Shown here piece after piece: positions 54,941 through 63,656 of a stretch of DNA of 64,000 nt. The notes under the pieces are model-generated. The model was not told the origin of the DNA. It saw only the letters and a list, made by a program, of their open reading frames with translations, and made no database searches. The position numbers and the translations under genes were made by a program. Each line of letters starts with the position of its first letter. The stretch's first letter is position 1. The stretch spans positions 5,975 through 69,974 of the forward strand of contig JAIPIG010000002.1 in assembly GCA_021734805.1 (NCBI GenBank), written 5' to 3'. The DNA comes from Simkaniaceae bacterium (GTDB taxonomy: Bacteria; Chlamydiota; Chlamydiia; Chlamydiales; JACRBE01).

Positions 54941-56841
54941 TTTAAAGCCTCACTCTTTGGGTTGATGACAAAGACTTCTTTTTTGATCAGACTTTCATAA
55001 ATTTGCTCAGCTGTCAATCCCAGTTTTTGGGAAAGCTCTTGATGAGAGCCGTGATGGATAAACGTTTCGGGGATTCCAAAATTCGTAACACAGAGGTGTT
55101 CAAATCCATTTTGGACAACAAACGAGTTCATGATCGATGCGAGGCCCCCCTTGAGGGAATGCTCTTCAATGGTGATGAGATAGTGATGGGAAGATAAAGC
55201 TTCAAATAAAAGCGGTTCATCGAGTGGTTTCACAAAAATGGGGTCAATCACAGTCGCTTCATATCCGAGTTGTTTTAGGAGCTCTTTAAGTTCGAGTCCA
55301 ACGGACGCCATTGTCCCTAATGTGACAATGCAGACAGTATTTCCTTGGGATAATACCTCTCCTTTTCCAACCGGGCGGCGAACCATGTATTCTTTTTTTG
55401 GTGAAGGCGTTGGCAAATTGGGATAGCGAATCGCCGTTGGTTGTTTCCAGTCAAAGCAGTCATGAAGGAGCTCCGTTAAAACCTGAGCATCTCTTGGCCC
55501 TGCGATGATCATATTAGGCATTTCATTGAGGAAGCCAATATCGTAAATCCCATTGTGCGTGATGCCATCTCCACCTGCGATCCCTGCACGATCAATAGCA
55601 AAGACAACGGGAAGATTTTGAATGCACACATCGTGATAGACGTTATCAAGCGCTCTTTGCAAAAAGGTCGAATAAATGCTCACCATCACTTTAAAAGAGC
55701 CGTTTCGTGCGATGCCACCTGCATATGTGACCGAGTGGCCTTCTGCAATTCCCACATCGATGCAGCGTTTGGGAAATTGCTCCATCATTTTAGTCAGGCA
55801 CGATCCCGCGGGCATTGCAGGCGTGATGACAATAATAGAGTCATCTTCTTTTGCCATTTCAAGCATGGTTTTCCCAAAGACTTGTGGGAAGGTGGAAGAT
55901 GTCTCGGATTGTTTGTGCATTGTGCCGGTCACTTTATCAAATGGCTTCACACCGTGATAGCTGACCGGATTTTCAATAGCCTTTTTCATTCCTTGGCCTT
56001 TAACCGTGCGCAAATGAAGCAAAATGGCTTTGGGGCTTTCCTTTACGGCTTGAAGAATTTCAATCATTTTGCGGATATCATGCCCATCAATAGGGCCGAC
56101 ATAGGACATGTTAAATTGTTCAAATAAAGTGGCGCCACTCACAAGATCTTTGAGAGAGCGCTTAATTTTTCCTCCGCCTTCTGCAAGGGTATTGCCTACC
56201 GAGGGGATTTTGGAGAGGGTTTCGCCAAGTTCATGGCACAAGCGATTTGTCGTTGGTGAATTAATCAAGCGGCTGAGGATCTGTGTAACGGCTCCCACAT
56301 TTTTAGAGATCGACATATCATTATCATTTAAAATAATAATGAAATTCTTAAGCGTTTTTGGAATGTTATTGAATGCTTCATAGAGAAGACCGCAAGTCAA
56401 AGTGGCATCTCCAAAAACAGGAATGATCGTATCATCCTTCCCTTGCAAATCGCGCGCCGTCGCCATTCCAAGAGCTAGAGAGAGTGCAGGGCCTGCATGG
56501 CCCGTATAAAAGGGGTCATGCTCTGATTCTTCAGGGTGGAAAAAACCCGAAAGCCCCTCATATTTTCTCACGGTATGGAAGCGGTCATTGCGCCCGGTGA
56601 GGATTTTATGGGGATAACATTGATGCCCAACATCAAAAATAAAGCGATCCTTTGGGGAATCAAAAACAGCGTGAAGCGCAATTGTCAACTCCACAGCCCC
56701 TAAACCGGAGGCGAGATGACCGCCATTAATAGCCATCACATCGATGATGCGCTCGCGCACTTCTTGAGCTAAGACTTCGAGTTCAGAATAAGAGAGGTTT
56801 TTGATGTCCCTAGGGGATTGAATCATTTCGAGTAAGGTCAT
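54937..56841 (-). CDS. dxs: 1-deoxy-D-xylulose-5-phosphate synthase
   Basis: 634 aa. GHLASGLGAVELTIALH, the TPP-binding region GDATLTCGLLYEAFNN, and IAEGHSVTYAGG. Confidence 0.93.
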   Translation of the reverse strand: MTLLEMIQSPRDIKNLSYSELEVLAQEVRERIIDVMAINGGHLASGLGAVELTIALHAVFDSPKDRFIFDVGHQCYPHKILTGRNDRFHTVRKYEGLSGFFHPEESEHDPFYTGHAGPALSLALGMATARDLQGKDDTIIPVFGDATLTCGLLYEAFNNIPKTLKNFIIILNDNDMSISKNVGAVTQILSRLINSPTTNRLCHELGETLSKIPSVGNTLAEGGGKIKRSLKDLVSGATLFEQFNMSYVGPIDGHDIRKMIEILQAVKESPKAILLHLRTVKGQGMKKAIENPVSYHGVKPFDKVTGTMHKQSETSSTFPQVFGKTMLEMAKEDDSIIVITPAMPAGSCLTKMMEQFPKRCIDVGIAEGHSVTYAGGIARNGSFKVMVSIYSTFLQRALDNVYHDVCIQNLPVVFAIDRAGIAGGDGITHNGIYDIGFLNEMPNMIIAGPRDAQVLTELLHDCFDWKQPTAIRYPNLPTPSPKKEYMVRRPVGKGEVLSQGNTVCIVTLGTMASVGLELKELLKQLGYEATVIDPIFVKPLDEPLLFEALSSHHYLITIEEHSLKGGLASIMNSFVVQNGFEHLCVTNFGIPETFIHHGSHQELSQKLGLTAEQIYESLIKKEVFVINPKSEALK

Positions 56842-56852
56842 GAAAATATATC

Positions 56853-57128
56853 TTATCGGTAGGCGGCATCGTTTGTGGTAAATAGCGTTTTTTCGACAAC
56901 TCCATTGTCATTCACGACAAGATGGTTGTTGCGGTCTTTAAGGAGTTTTTCAATTTTTGTTTGCGCTCCCTTGAGTTTATCATTGCAAAGATGAATCAGC
57001 TCATCCGCTTCTTCAAATAAAACAAGAGACTCTTCAAGGGCAATTTCGGATCCATTCATCTTGGAGAGAATTTCTTCTAAACGGCTATACGCCTTTTCAA
57101 ATGTCAAATTTTTTTTAGGTGTTGTCAT
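56853..57128 (-). CDS. xseB: Exodeoxyribonuclease VII small subunit
   Basis: 91 aa. FEKAYSRLEEILSKMNGSEIALEESLVLFEEADELIHLCNDKL is the typical XseB helix-hairpin. Confidence 0.85.
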   Translation of the reverse strand: MTTPKKNLTFEKAYSRLEEILSKMNGSEIALEESLVLFEEADELIHLCNDKLKGAQTKIEKLLKDRNNHLVVNDNGVVEKTLFTTNDAAYR

Positions 57129-57136
57129 AATAGGCC

Positions 57137-58474
57137 TTATTTGATGTCTTCGACTTGTGAGAGAACTTCCCCATCTTGCATGAGCAATCGAAAGTGCTCT
57201 TTGATTTTAAGCTGCTTCGATGAAATGATAACTGAATCTGAGTTTTGTGCAAAGGGAATGCAATAGCCTCTTGAGAGAAGTTTTTTTGGATTGATAGAGG
57301 CATAAATATCCTGTAGCGCAACCAGGCGGTTTTTCTTTTTTTCTAAAAGGGTCGCTGTTGCTATGTGTAGCCGGGACTTGTATTGATCGAGACGAAGATT
57401 CAGTTCTTTTAGCTGTCTGAGCGGGTTTAAACTCTCTTTTTGTCGGACAAAGCCCTGGATTTTGAGCTGCTTTTCTTTGAGTGATTGCATGAGAGAGCTT
57501 TGCAGGTCGTAGTCAATATCATCTACTTTTTGAAAATGTTCCTTTAATAGATAGGTCGGGTCAGAGAAGAGGGGGCTTACCTGAACCGTACGCATGAGGC
57601 GATGTGCAACGCGCACTTTGTCTTCAATGGTCTTCGTTAAACTTGCTTCAGCCAATGCAAGCCGGTCTAATAAAGCAGCTTTTTCGCTTGATACGATCTC
57701 TGCGGCAGCAGAGGGGGTCGGAGCACGGCAATCTGCGACAAAATCGGCAATTGAGACATCAGTTTCATGTCCTACGGCGGAAATCACCGGGATATGACTT
57801 CTAAAAATAGCCTCAGCCACGCAGCGCTCATTAAAAGGCATTAAATCTTCCAAAGAGCCGCCTCCTCTGCCGATGATTAAAACATCTGCCAAGTTAAATC
57901 GGTTCATATCATCAATGGCCTGTGCAATTTCAACAGCTGCTCCGGCACCCTGAACTTTCACCGGATTGAGAACGAGGTGAAAGCCGGCATGCCGCCTCTC
58001 TAAAACATGGATAATATCTTGAATAACACTCCCTGTCGGGCTGGTCACAACGCCAATGGTTTTAGGAAAGCGGGGAAGGGGTTTTTTATTCTCTTTATTA
58101 AACCAACCCAGCTGTTCGAGCTCGGTCTTGAGTTGATGGATTTTCATCAGTAAATCGCCCACACCGGCTGCTTTGGCCCGTTTAACGATGATCTGATACG
58201 TTCCCCTGACTTCGTAAACGCCGAGGTCGCCCTCGATAATAATTTGATCTCCCGGCTTGATTTTGAGTGGAGATTGTGCTCGATAGCCTTTAAAAAAAAC
58301 GCAGTTGATTAAACTTTTATCGTCTTTGAGGGTGAAATACTCATGCCCTGAAGCTTGAAGTCGATAATCTCCGACTTCTCCCTTCACACAAATCCCCTGA
58401 AAGCCCGGCTCAATTGCCATTTTAATGGCTCGGTTTAGAGCCGATACCGATAAGACACCTTTTGCGTCATCCAT
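57137..58474 (-). CDS. xseA: Exodeoxyribonuclease VII large subunit
   Basis: Start placed at the internal Met (MDDAKGVLSVSALNRAIK). OB-fold N-terminus and catalytic region GVVTSPTGSVIQDI, IIGRGGGSLEDL, ISAVGHETD. Confidence 0.9.
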   Translation of the reverse strand: MDDAKGVLSVSALNRAIKMAIEPGFQGICVKGEVGDYRLQASGHEYFTLKDDKSLINCVFFKGYRAQSPLKIKPGDQIIIEGDLGVYEVRGTYQIIVKRAKAAGVGDLLMKIHQLKTELEQLGWFNKENKKPLPRFPKTIGVVTSPTGSVIQDIIHVLERRHAGFHLVLNPVKVQGAGAAVEIAQAIDDMNRFNLADVLIIGRGGGSLEDLMPFNERCVAEAIFRSHIPVISAVGHETDVSIADFVADCRAPTPSAAAEIVSSEKAALLDRLALAEASLTKTIEDKVRVAHRLMRTVQVSPLFSDPTYLLKEHFQKVDDIDYDLQSSLMQSLKEKQLKIQGFVRQKESLNPLRQLKELNLRLDQYKSRLHIATATLLEKKKNRLVALQDIYASINPKKLLSRGYCIPFAQNSDSVIISSKQLKIKEHFRLLMQDGEVLSQVEDIK

Positions 58475-58583
58475 ATGTTTTCCTAAAATAATTGCTGAAG
58501 CATAAAAGAAAAAAAAGAAGGATGCATTAAAAAAATGCACCCTTCAGCTTTTTAAGCCAGCTATTTGATCATCCCGCGCAACG

Positions 58584-59432
58584 TTATTCTGCCGGGTTAG
58601 GTTTAGGTGAAATGCCTGCCCCATCAACAGATTCAATGACTTTTTTTGCTACCTGAGAAATTTTGCCTTGTGCTGCATCCGAACTTATCGCAGGGATCTT
58701 AGCTAGAACATTGGTCGATGTGTGGAAAACATAAGAAGCAATGCTTCCCTTTTGAGTTGCATCTCCTTGGACTTCGAGCCATTGTAAAAATGAGACGCTC
58801 AAGGGGATAAAAACTGCTTTAAATGCTTCAGCTATGTTTTGCGCACTTTCCTGAATGGGGACAATATTCCCGGTAGAAAGAGCCTTAATATTTCGAGTCG
58901 AAAAGAAATCAACAATCGGTTTAGAAAGGGTGTCTTTTTTGGGGGGGGTATAAATAGTGCGTTTGGGTGTTTCCGAAGCGTCTTTTGGGCTTTTTCCCAT
59001 CCATGCTGCAAGATGTCCTGCCCATGTTCTTTTTTCTAGTGCAGATTCAGGAAGCTTAGCCGCTTCAGGCATTTCCTCTGCTAAGAAATAGGTGAGAGCA
59101 ACTGCAGTTGCGAGTGTTGCTGCAAGTTCTGCGCTTCTGGGTAAAAGATTGAGCTCACTTGGTTGGATGATATTTGTTAAAGGGCGAATTTCCCGAGTCA
59201 CCAAAGAGCTCCCGGGAATCAATTTTATCATGTATGAAAGAGGGAGAGATGCAATTGCAGTGATAGCGATTTGCATGATGCGTGCGATTTGGACGATAGC
59301 TCCTGATTGAACTGCACAGTATCCCAATTGGGCTACAGCTTGGGCTGTTCCAAAAAGAGCGTTGTAGAAATCATGATTCACAAAGGGAACGAGTGAGGTT
59401 GGTTCTTTGCTTGTTGCTGCTATTGCCGCCAT
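58584..59432 (-). CDS. Hypothetical protein (282 aa) with N-terminal hydrophobic/amphipathic segments
   Basis: ATG preceded by AAAGGAG. Ala/Ile/Gln-rich hydrophobic region at residues ~25-75 and a second at ~100-115. Contains a C8A6 homopolymer on its coding strand. No family recognised. Confidence 0.5.
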   Translation of the reverse strand: MAAIAATSKEPTSLVPFVNHDFYNALFGTAQAVAQLGYCAVQSGAIVQIARIMQIAITAIASLPLSYMIKLIPGSSLVTREIRPLTNIIQPSELNLLPRSAELAATLATAVALTYFLAEEMPEAAKLPESALEKRTWAGHLAAWMGKSPKDASETPKRTIYTPPKKDTLSKPIVDFFSTRNIKALSTGNIVPIQESAQNIAEAFKAVFIPLSVSFLQWLEVQGDATQKGSIASYVFHTSTNVLAKIPAISSDAAQGKISQVAKKVIESVDGAGISPKPNPAE

Positions 59433-59748
59433 AAATAAACTCCTTTAATTGAGTTTTAAAATATTAAAGTCATTAAAAATTTATAAAACTCAAATGTTTC
59501 GATGATAGTTAACTTTTTTTAAACCCATCTTGCTCCTCTCGGAGTGTTAAGATTGTGTTTAAAATTCTTTAAGAATGTTTGTACATTATCCGAAATGAGG
59601 TATTTTCGCCAACAAAAAAACATATAATTAAAATTTTTGTTGACGTTTTTCTAGGGTATGTTCCTAAGATGAACGCATATTTTTTTCTTGAGTTTTCGAG
59701 GGGAATCGATGTAGTCTTCAGATTGATATTTTGATAAGGAGGGCATAG

Positions 59749-60489
59749 GTGAGAGAAAAGGTTATTGCAGCTAATTGGAAAATGAATAAGACAGCTGAAG
59801 AGGCGACTGCATTTTTAGAGGAATTAATTCCTCTTGTGCAGGGGCACAATGCTTATATTGCAGCTCCCTATACGGCTTTGTCTGCCTTGAGCTCATATCC
59901 TCATCCTCAATCCATTCGCATTGGCGCGCAAAATATGAGTCGGTATGTTGAGGGGGCGTATACCGGAGAGATTTCCATACGCATGCTCCAAGAATTTAAT
60001 ATTGATTTTGTCATTTTGGGACATTCGGAAAGGCGGCACCTTTTTTTTGAAAGCGATGCCGTGATCCGAGAAAAAGTGCATTTGGCTCTGAGCGAAAAGC
60101 TGTTGCCGATTTTATGTATTGGTGAAACGCTCGAAGAGCGGCGTGCAGGGCAGATGGATCAAGTGCTTAAACGCCAAATAGAAAGTGCATTAAGCGGGGT
60201 CAATATTGGAGGGGGAAAGGAGCTGGTTTTAGCTTATGAACCGGTTTGGGCTATTGGAACGGGAGAGGCGGCAACGCCAGATATCGCAGAGGAAGCTCAT
60301 CGCCATTGCCGCAAGTGCTTAGCGGAAATCGTTGGAAAAAATAGTGCAGATTCGATTACAATTTTGTACGGTGGTTCCGTAAAGGCCTCAAATGCTCAAG
60401 AATTGCTTGAAGAGCCCAATATTGATGGATTTTTGGTCGGAGGAGCCTCTCTCGATCCAAAATCATTTGCCGAAATTGTAAAAAGTTAA
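59749..60489 (+). CDS. tpiA: Triosephosphate isomerase
   Basis: GTG start 7 nt after a strong AAGGAGG. Motifs AANWKMN, ILGHSERR, AYEPVWAIGTG, ILYGGSV. Confidence 0.92.
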   Translation: MREKVIAANWKMNKTAEEATAFLEELIPLVQGHNAYIAAPYTALSALSSYPHPQSIRIGAQNMSRYVEGAYTGEISIRMLQEFNIDFVILGHSERRHLFFESDAVIREKVHLALSEKLLPILCIGETLEERRAGQMDQVLKRQIESALSGVNIGGGKELVLAYEPVWAIGTGEAATPDIAEEAHRHCRKCLAEIVGKNSADSITILYGGSVKASNAQELLEEPNIDGFLVGGASLDPKSFAEIVKS

Positions 60490-60499
60490 AGGAAAATTC

Positions 60500-60790
60500 A
60501 TGTCATTTTTATTTTATTTGCTCCTCACTCTTTTTTTAATCGTTGCATTCCTTTTATCATTTGTGGTGCTGATTCAGGAGAGCAAAAGTATGGGACTGGG
60601 ATCAGCTTTTGGGTCAGATAACGGCTCCTCCGTATTTGGGACGGCTACGGCTGACGTTCTAAAAAGTTTTACGGGTTGGATGGCAGTTGTCTTTGCTTCC
60701 TTGTGTATTATTCTTTCAATCTGGTCCGCCGCAGGAACTCAAAACTATATGCCTGTGCCTACTGTTATTGAGCAAGCAAGTGGGGAGTAG
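60500..60790 (+). CDS. secG: Preprotein translocase subunit SecG
   Basis: 96 aa, two TM, with VLIQESKSMGLGSAFG...SVFG. The classical tpiA-secG linkage is present. Confidence 0.8.
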   Translation: MSFLFYLLLTLFLIVAFLLSFVVLIQESKSMGLGSAFGSDNGSSVFGTATADVLKSFTGWMAVVFASLCIILSIWSAAGTQNYMPVPTVIEQASGE

Positions 60791-60794
60791 TTCT

Positions 60795-61325
60795 GTGGTC
60801 AAACTTCCTCTTTGTTATTTTGGCCACCCGGTGCTCCGCAAAAAATGTGCTGAGCTCAAAGAGATAACAGATGAAATTAGAACATTGGTGGATAATCTAA
60901 AAGAGACTATTTCGCCTCCTTACGATGTCGGAATTTCTGCCCCACAGGTTGGCAAGCCTATCCGTCTCTTCATCACAAATGTCATTGGCGAAGATGAGAA
61001 CTGGCACCCCCTTTTTGGTGAGCCTCAAGTCTTTATTAATCCGGTCCTCTCTGATCCGAGCGACACTCGCATCTGTGTTCCGGAAGGATGTTTGTCGATC
61101 CCGGGTGTTTATGGCGATGTTTGGCGTCCTGAATCTATTACGATTGAAGCCATGGATATCGAGGGCAATCTCTTCAAAGAAAGGGCAACAGGCTACCGTG
61201 CCCGCGTGATCATGCATGAAAATGATCATATTAACGGCGTCCTTTTTATTGATCGACTCGATCCCAAAGATCGACGCCGCATCGAACACAGCCTTCAAGC
61301 GATCAAACGCAAATACCGCTCTTAG
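60795..61325 (+). CDS. def: Peptide deformylase
   Basis: Start placed at GTG 60795 (VVKLPLCYFGHPVLRKK), immediately after secG, because the longer ORF overlaps secG. Motifs GISAPQVG, EGCLSIPG, HENDHINGVLF. Confidence 0.9.
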   Translation: MVKLPLCYFGHPVLRKKCAELKEITDEIRTLVDNLKETISPPYDVGISAPQVGKPIRLFITNVIGEDENWHPLFGEPQVFINPVLSDPSDTRICVPEGCLSIPGVYGDVWRPESITIEAMDIEGNLFKERATGYRARVIMHENDHINGVLFIDRLDPKDRRRIEHSLQAIKRKYRS

Positions 61326-61332
61326 AGATGAG

Positions 61333-63474
61333 TTAAAAACTAATCAGCGACAATCCAAATGAAACTTGTTTGTTGTCGGTCATTTGCATATAGGAAAGGC
61401 GAAACTTCCAATGCGATGTGATCATGCGATAAAGGTCAATTCGATATTCCATATAGGAGGGTTGATTGCGCCGTCCCCATCCGGTGTGAGACTCAAATTG
61501 GAGTGTCCAGTTAGGGGGGATATTGAGTTGAGTGCGCACTAAAAACAAATTCCTCTGATCGGAAATGGGCGTGTTGATGAGCTCGCTCGCAGGCCTTGTG
61601 ACATCGAGGATAAAGTTTTCCTCATTATCCTTGCGGTAGTAATATTTCGAACGATGTAAAAAGTCGAGGCCGATTGCAAAATACTCATTAAGTGTCCATT
61701 TAACACCAAGATTGGCTTTGTCATAGAGTTTTTCTTGGTTGTTATAAATCACATCTCCCGTCAGTGAGAGTCTTGGAAAGTGAAGGGCGATATGCGATCC
61801 GATTTTTGCAAATTTTCCCGTGAGCTGGGGCGTATCAAAAAAGCGGTAGGCAAAAACATCCAAAAGAAAGCGGGGTGATCCCGGCATATCAGAAGTGTAT
61901 AAAGTATTTTCAAGGCCAATTTTCAGTTCATTGATCCGCTCATACCCATCTCTCAAATCAAAAATATAATGATTGCGTTGTTTCATGGGGCGCAGGCTTT
62001 CATATTTAGCATAGGGTTTTACAAAGTGGTGCAGCGACTTGAAGTGGCGTGTGAGTGTTGTCGATCCTTGAATTCCATAGGTGAGCAAGTTTTCAATAAT
62101 CGATTGGTCCTGAGGGGTTTTGCTGTAAAGAATGCCGCGGTATCCGACATTGGGGCTGAGAGTCATATTAAGCAGGTGAAAGGGGCGATAAAGTGTTTGA
62201 TGGCTCTCCAAGCGGATGCTATGAAAGCCGGGGATGTCCCGGCCCAAGTCCCTTGGATAAGCATAGTCAAGAAAAGAGGCTTGAAGGGCATTATTCATCA
62301 TGATTTTTGAGCTGCCAAATTCAACGGGATGTATACCGCAGTAAAGCGTGGGAAGCTCTTGCTTAAACCCCTGAAATTTATTGATGTTAGGCCGGACATA
62401 TACATCAGTGACTGCAGCGGGATTGATATGATTGGCAATGAATTCAGTGCGCTTTGCCGTATTTAATTCAAAGTCATCGCTAGGGAAATCACCCGGCATA
62501 TTGCGGTCGCTAATCCAATCGTAGCGAAAAAATGCCCGGGTATTTTTATCTTCACTCTGTGCACGCCCAATTCCTTGCAGTCTCCAGCGCGTCATCCGTT
62601 TATTGGGGTCAAAATCAGCCCAAAACGTGTCGTGAGCTAAATAACTTTTAGATTTAAATGAAAGAGCGCTCTTTTTGGACTTGTAGTCCGTTTCAAAAGC
62701 TCCGCCAAATCCGCGATTGACTCTAAAATCGAAGCGAAAAAACAAACTCGCCTCTTCCCAAGAATAGATGCGATAGCGCATTGAAAACTTTGGACCCTGC
62801 CCGCGATCCCAAGTGACATTATAGCGGATCGAAGTGTCTTGGAATAGATCGAGATTGGCTTTAAAGACGGGGAGATAAAAAATAGGAATGCGGGCTACGC
62901 GAAATTTTGTTGCTTTTGCCCTCAAAAGAGCGGGATCTTCGAGTTTGATTTCTTTAGCAATAATGTCATACTCGGGGGGATCTGTCTCACTCGCCGTTAA
63001 AAAAGCATTTTGGATGGTAATTGATCGGCTTGCATCGAAGGTGATTGTATCACCGCCAATGATCCATAATCCATCATATGTTTTCCCTTGGATCAAAGTC
63101 CCCGAGGCTTCTTTGATATTGTAATAAAAGTCTTTCCCAATGAAAACGCGCTTATCATAAATCAGCATTAAATCACCATGCGCCTTGATTGTTCCCTCAA
63201 TTTGGTTGTAGGTGATTTCTCGAGCTTGGAGGTGAAGCACCTCATTTTTAATCACTCCTCCATGCGATGTGGATAAAACGGAGCGCTCTAAAGTGGGGTC
63301 TCTGAGACGAATATCTAATCCGCATTCCTCACACATTCGAGTCGAATTGTCTTCAGGCGTTTGACAATAGCCTAGGTTAGCAAGGCACAAGGATGTAAAT
63401 AATACGCAATGCGAAAAATAACGTAACCTCGACTTTGTACAATTTTCAGCGCGATTTTCACAATCTTTTAACAT
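61333..63474 (-). CDS. lptD: LPS-assembly outer-membrane protein LptD (OstA family)
   Basis: Large beta-rich protein ending in the OMP-type C-terminus FGLSLISF, with an OstA-like N-domain. Start placed at ATG 63474 (MLKDCENRAENCTKSRLRYFSHCVLFTSLCLANLGYC signal peptide). The tracked ORF start at 63597 is an artefact of the upstream palindrome. Confidence 0.78.
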   Translation of the reverse strand: MLKDCENRAENCTKSRLRYFSHCVLFTSLCLANLGYCQTPEDNSTRMCEECGLDIRLRDPTLERSVLSTSHGGVIKNEVLHLQAREITYNQIEGTIKAHGDLMLIYDKRVFIGKDFYYNIKEASGTLIQGKTYDGLWIIGGDTITFDASRSITIQNAFLTASETDPPEYDIIAKEIKLEDPALLRAKATKFRVARIPIFYLPVFKANLDLFQDTSIRYNVTWDRGQGPKFSMRYRIYSWEEASLFFRFDFRVNRGFGGAFETDYKSKKSALSFKSKSYLAHDTFWADFDPNKRMTRWRLQGIGRAQSEDKNTRAFFRYDWISDRNMPGDFPSDDFELNTAKRTEFIANHINPAAVTDVYVRPNINKFQGFKQELPTLYCGIHPVEFGSSKIMMNNALQASFLDYAYPRDLGRDIPGFHSIRLESHQTLYRPFHLLNMTLSPNVGYRGILYSKTPQDQSIIENLLTYGIQGSTTLTRHFKSLHHFVKPYAKYESLRPMKQRNHYIFDLRDGYERINELKIGLENTLYTSDMPGSPRFLLDVFAYRFFDTPQLTGKFAKIGSHIALHFPRLSLTGDVIYNNQEKLYDKANLGVKWTLNEYFAIGLDFLHRSKYYYRKDNEENFILDVTRPASELINTPISDQRNLFLVRTQLNIPPNWTLQFESHTGWGRRNQPSYMEYRIDLYRMITSHWKFRLSYMQMTDNKQVSFGLSLISF

Positions 63475-63593
63475 ACAATCAGTTACCAATTCCTGTAATG
63501 GCGTGTTCAAGCCGATTGCAGGAATTGGTAACTGATTGTATGTCAAAATCTTGCAAAACTTGCGTCCGAAAAATGTACAAAGTCGAGGTAACG
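63422..63593. repeat. 172-nt near-perfect palindromic element (E2) overlapping the 5' end of lptD
   Basis: Inner arms 63471..63495 and 63519..63543 are 25/25 complementary with a 23-nt loop. Outer arms 63422..63441 and 63574..63593 match 19/20. The outer arms carry the same CTCGACTTTGTA 12-mer as E1. Confidence 0.85.
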
Positions 63594-63656
63594 GCATTCA
63601 CTTCATCGATCATGAAAATTATAATGCGACTATCATCTCTAGAAAAGGTGTTTTTT

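Noticed and set aside
55555-56127. 190-aa + strand ORF inside dxs, and similar long antisense ORFs (22746..23144 in tnpB, 40957..41367 in the 716-aa gene, 60897..61298 in def, 61969..62310 in lptD)
   Set aside because: All lie fully inside confidently assigned genes on the opposite strand. They have odd composition (Cys/His/Arg/Phe-rich) and no recognisable motifs, so they are shadow ORFs.
59640-59670. Sigma-70-like promoter upstream of tpiA (TTGACG ... TAAGAT)
   Set aside because: The spacer is 19 nt by my count and the -10 is poor, so I cannot support a promoter call without TSS data.
63475-63597. N-terminal 41-codon extension of the lptD ORF (MPLPRLCTFFGRKFCKILTYNQLPIP...)
   Set aside because: It is the translation of the right half of palindrome E2 and would place ~80 residues in front of the signal peptide of an outer-membrane protein. 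The internal ATG at 63474 is more plausible.
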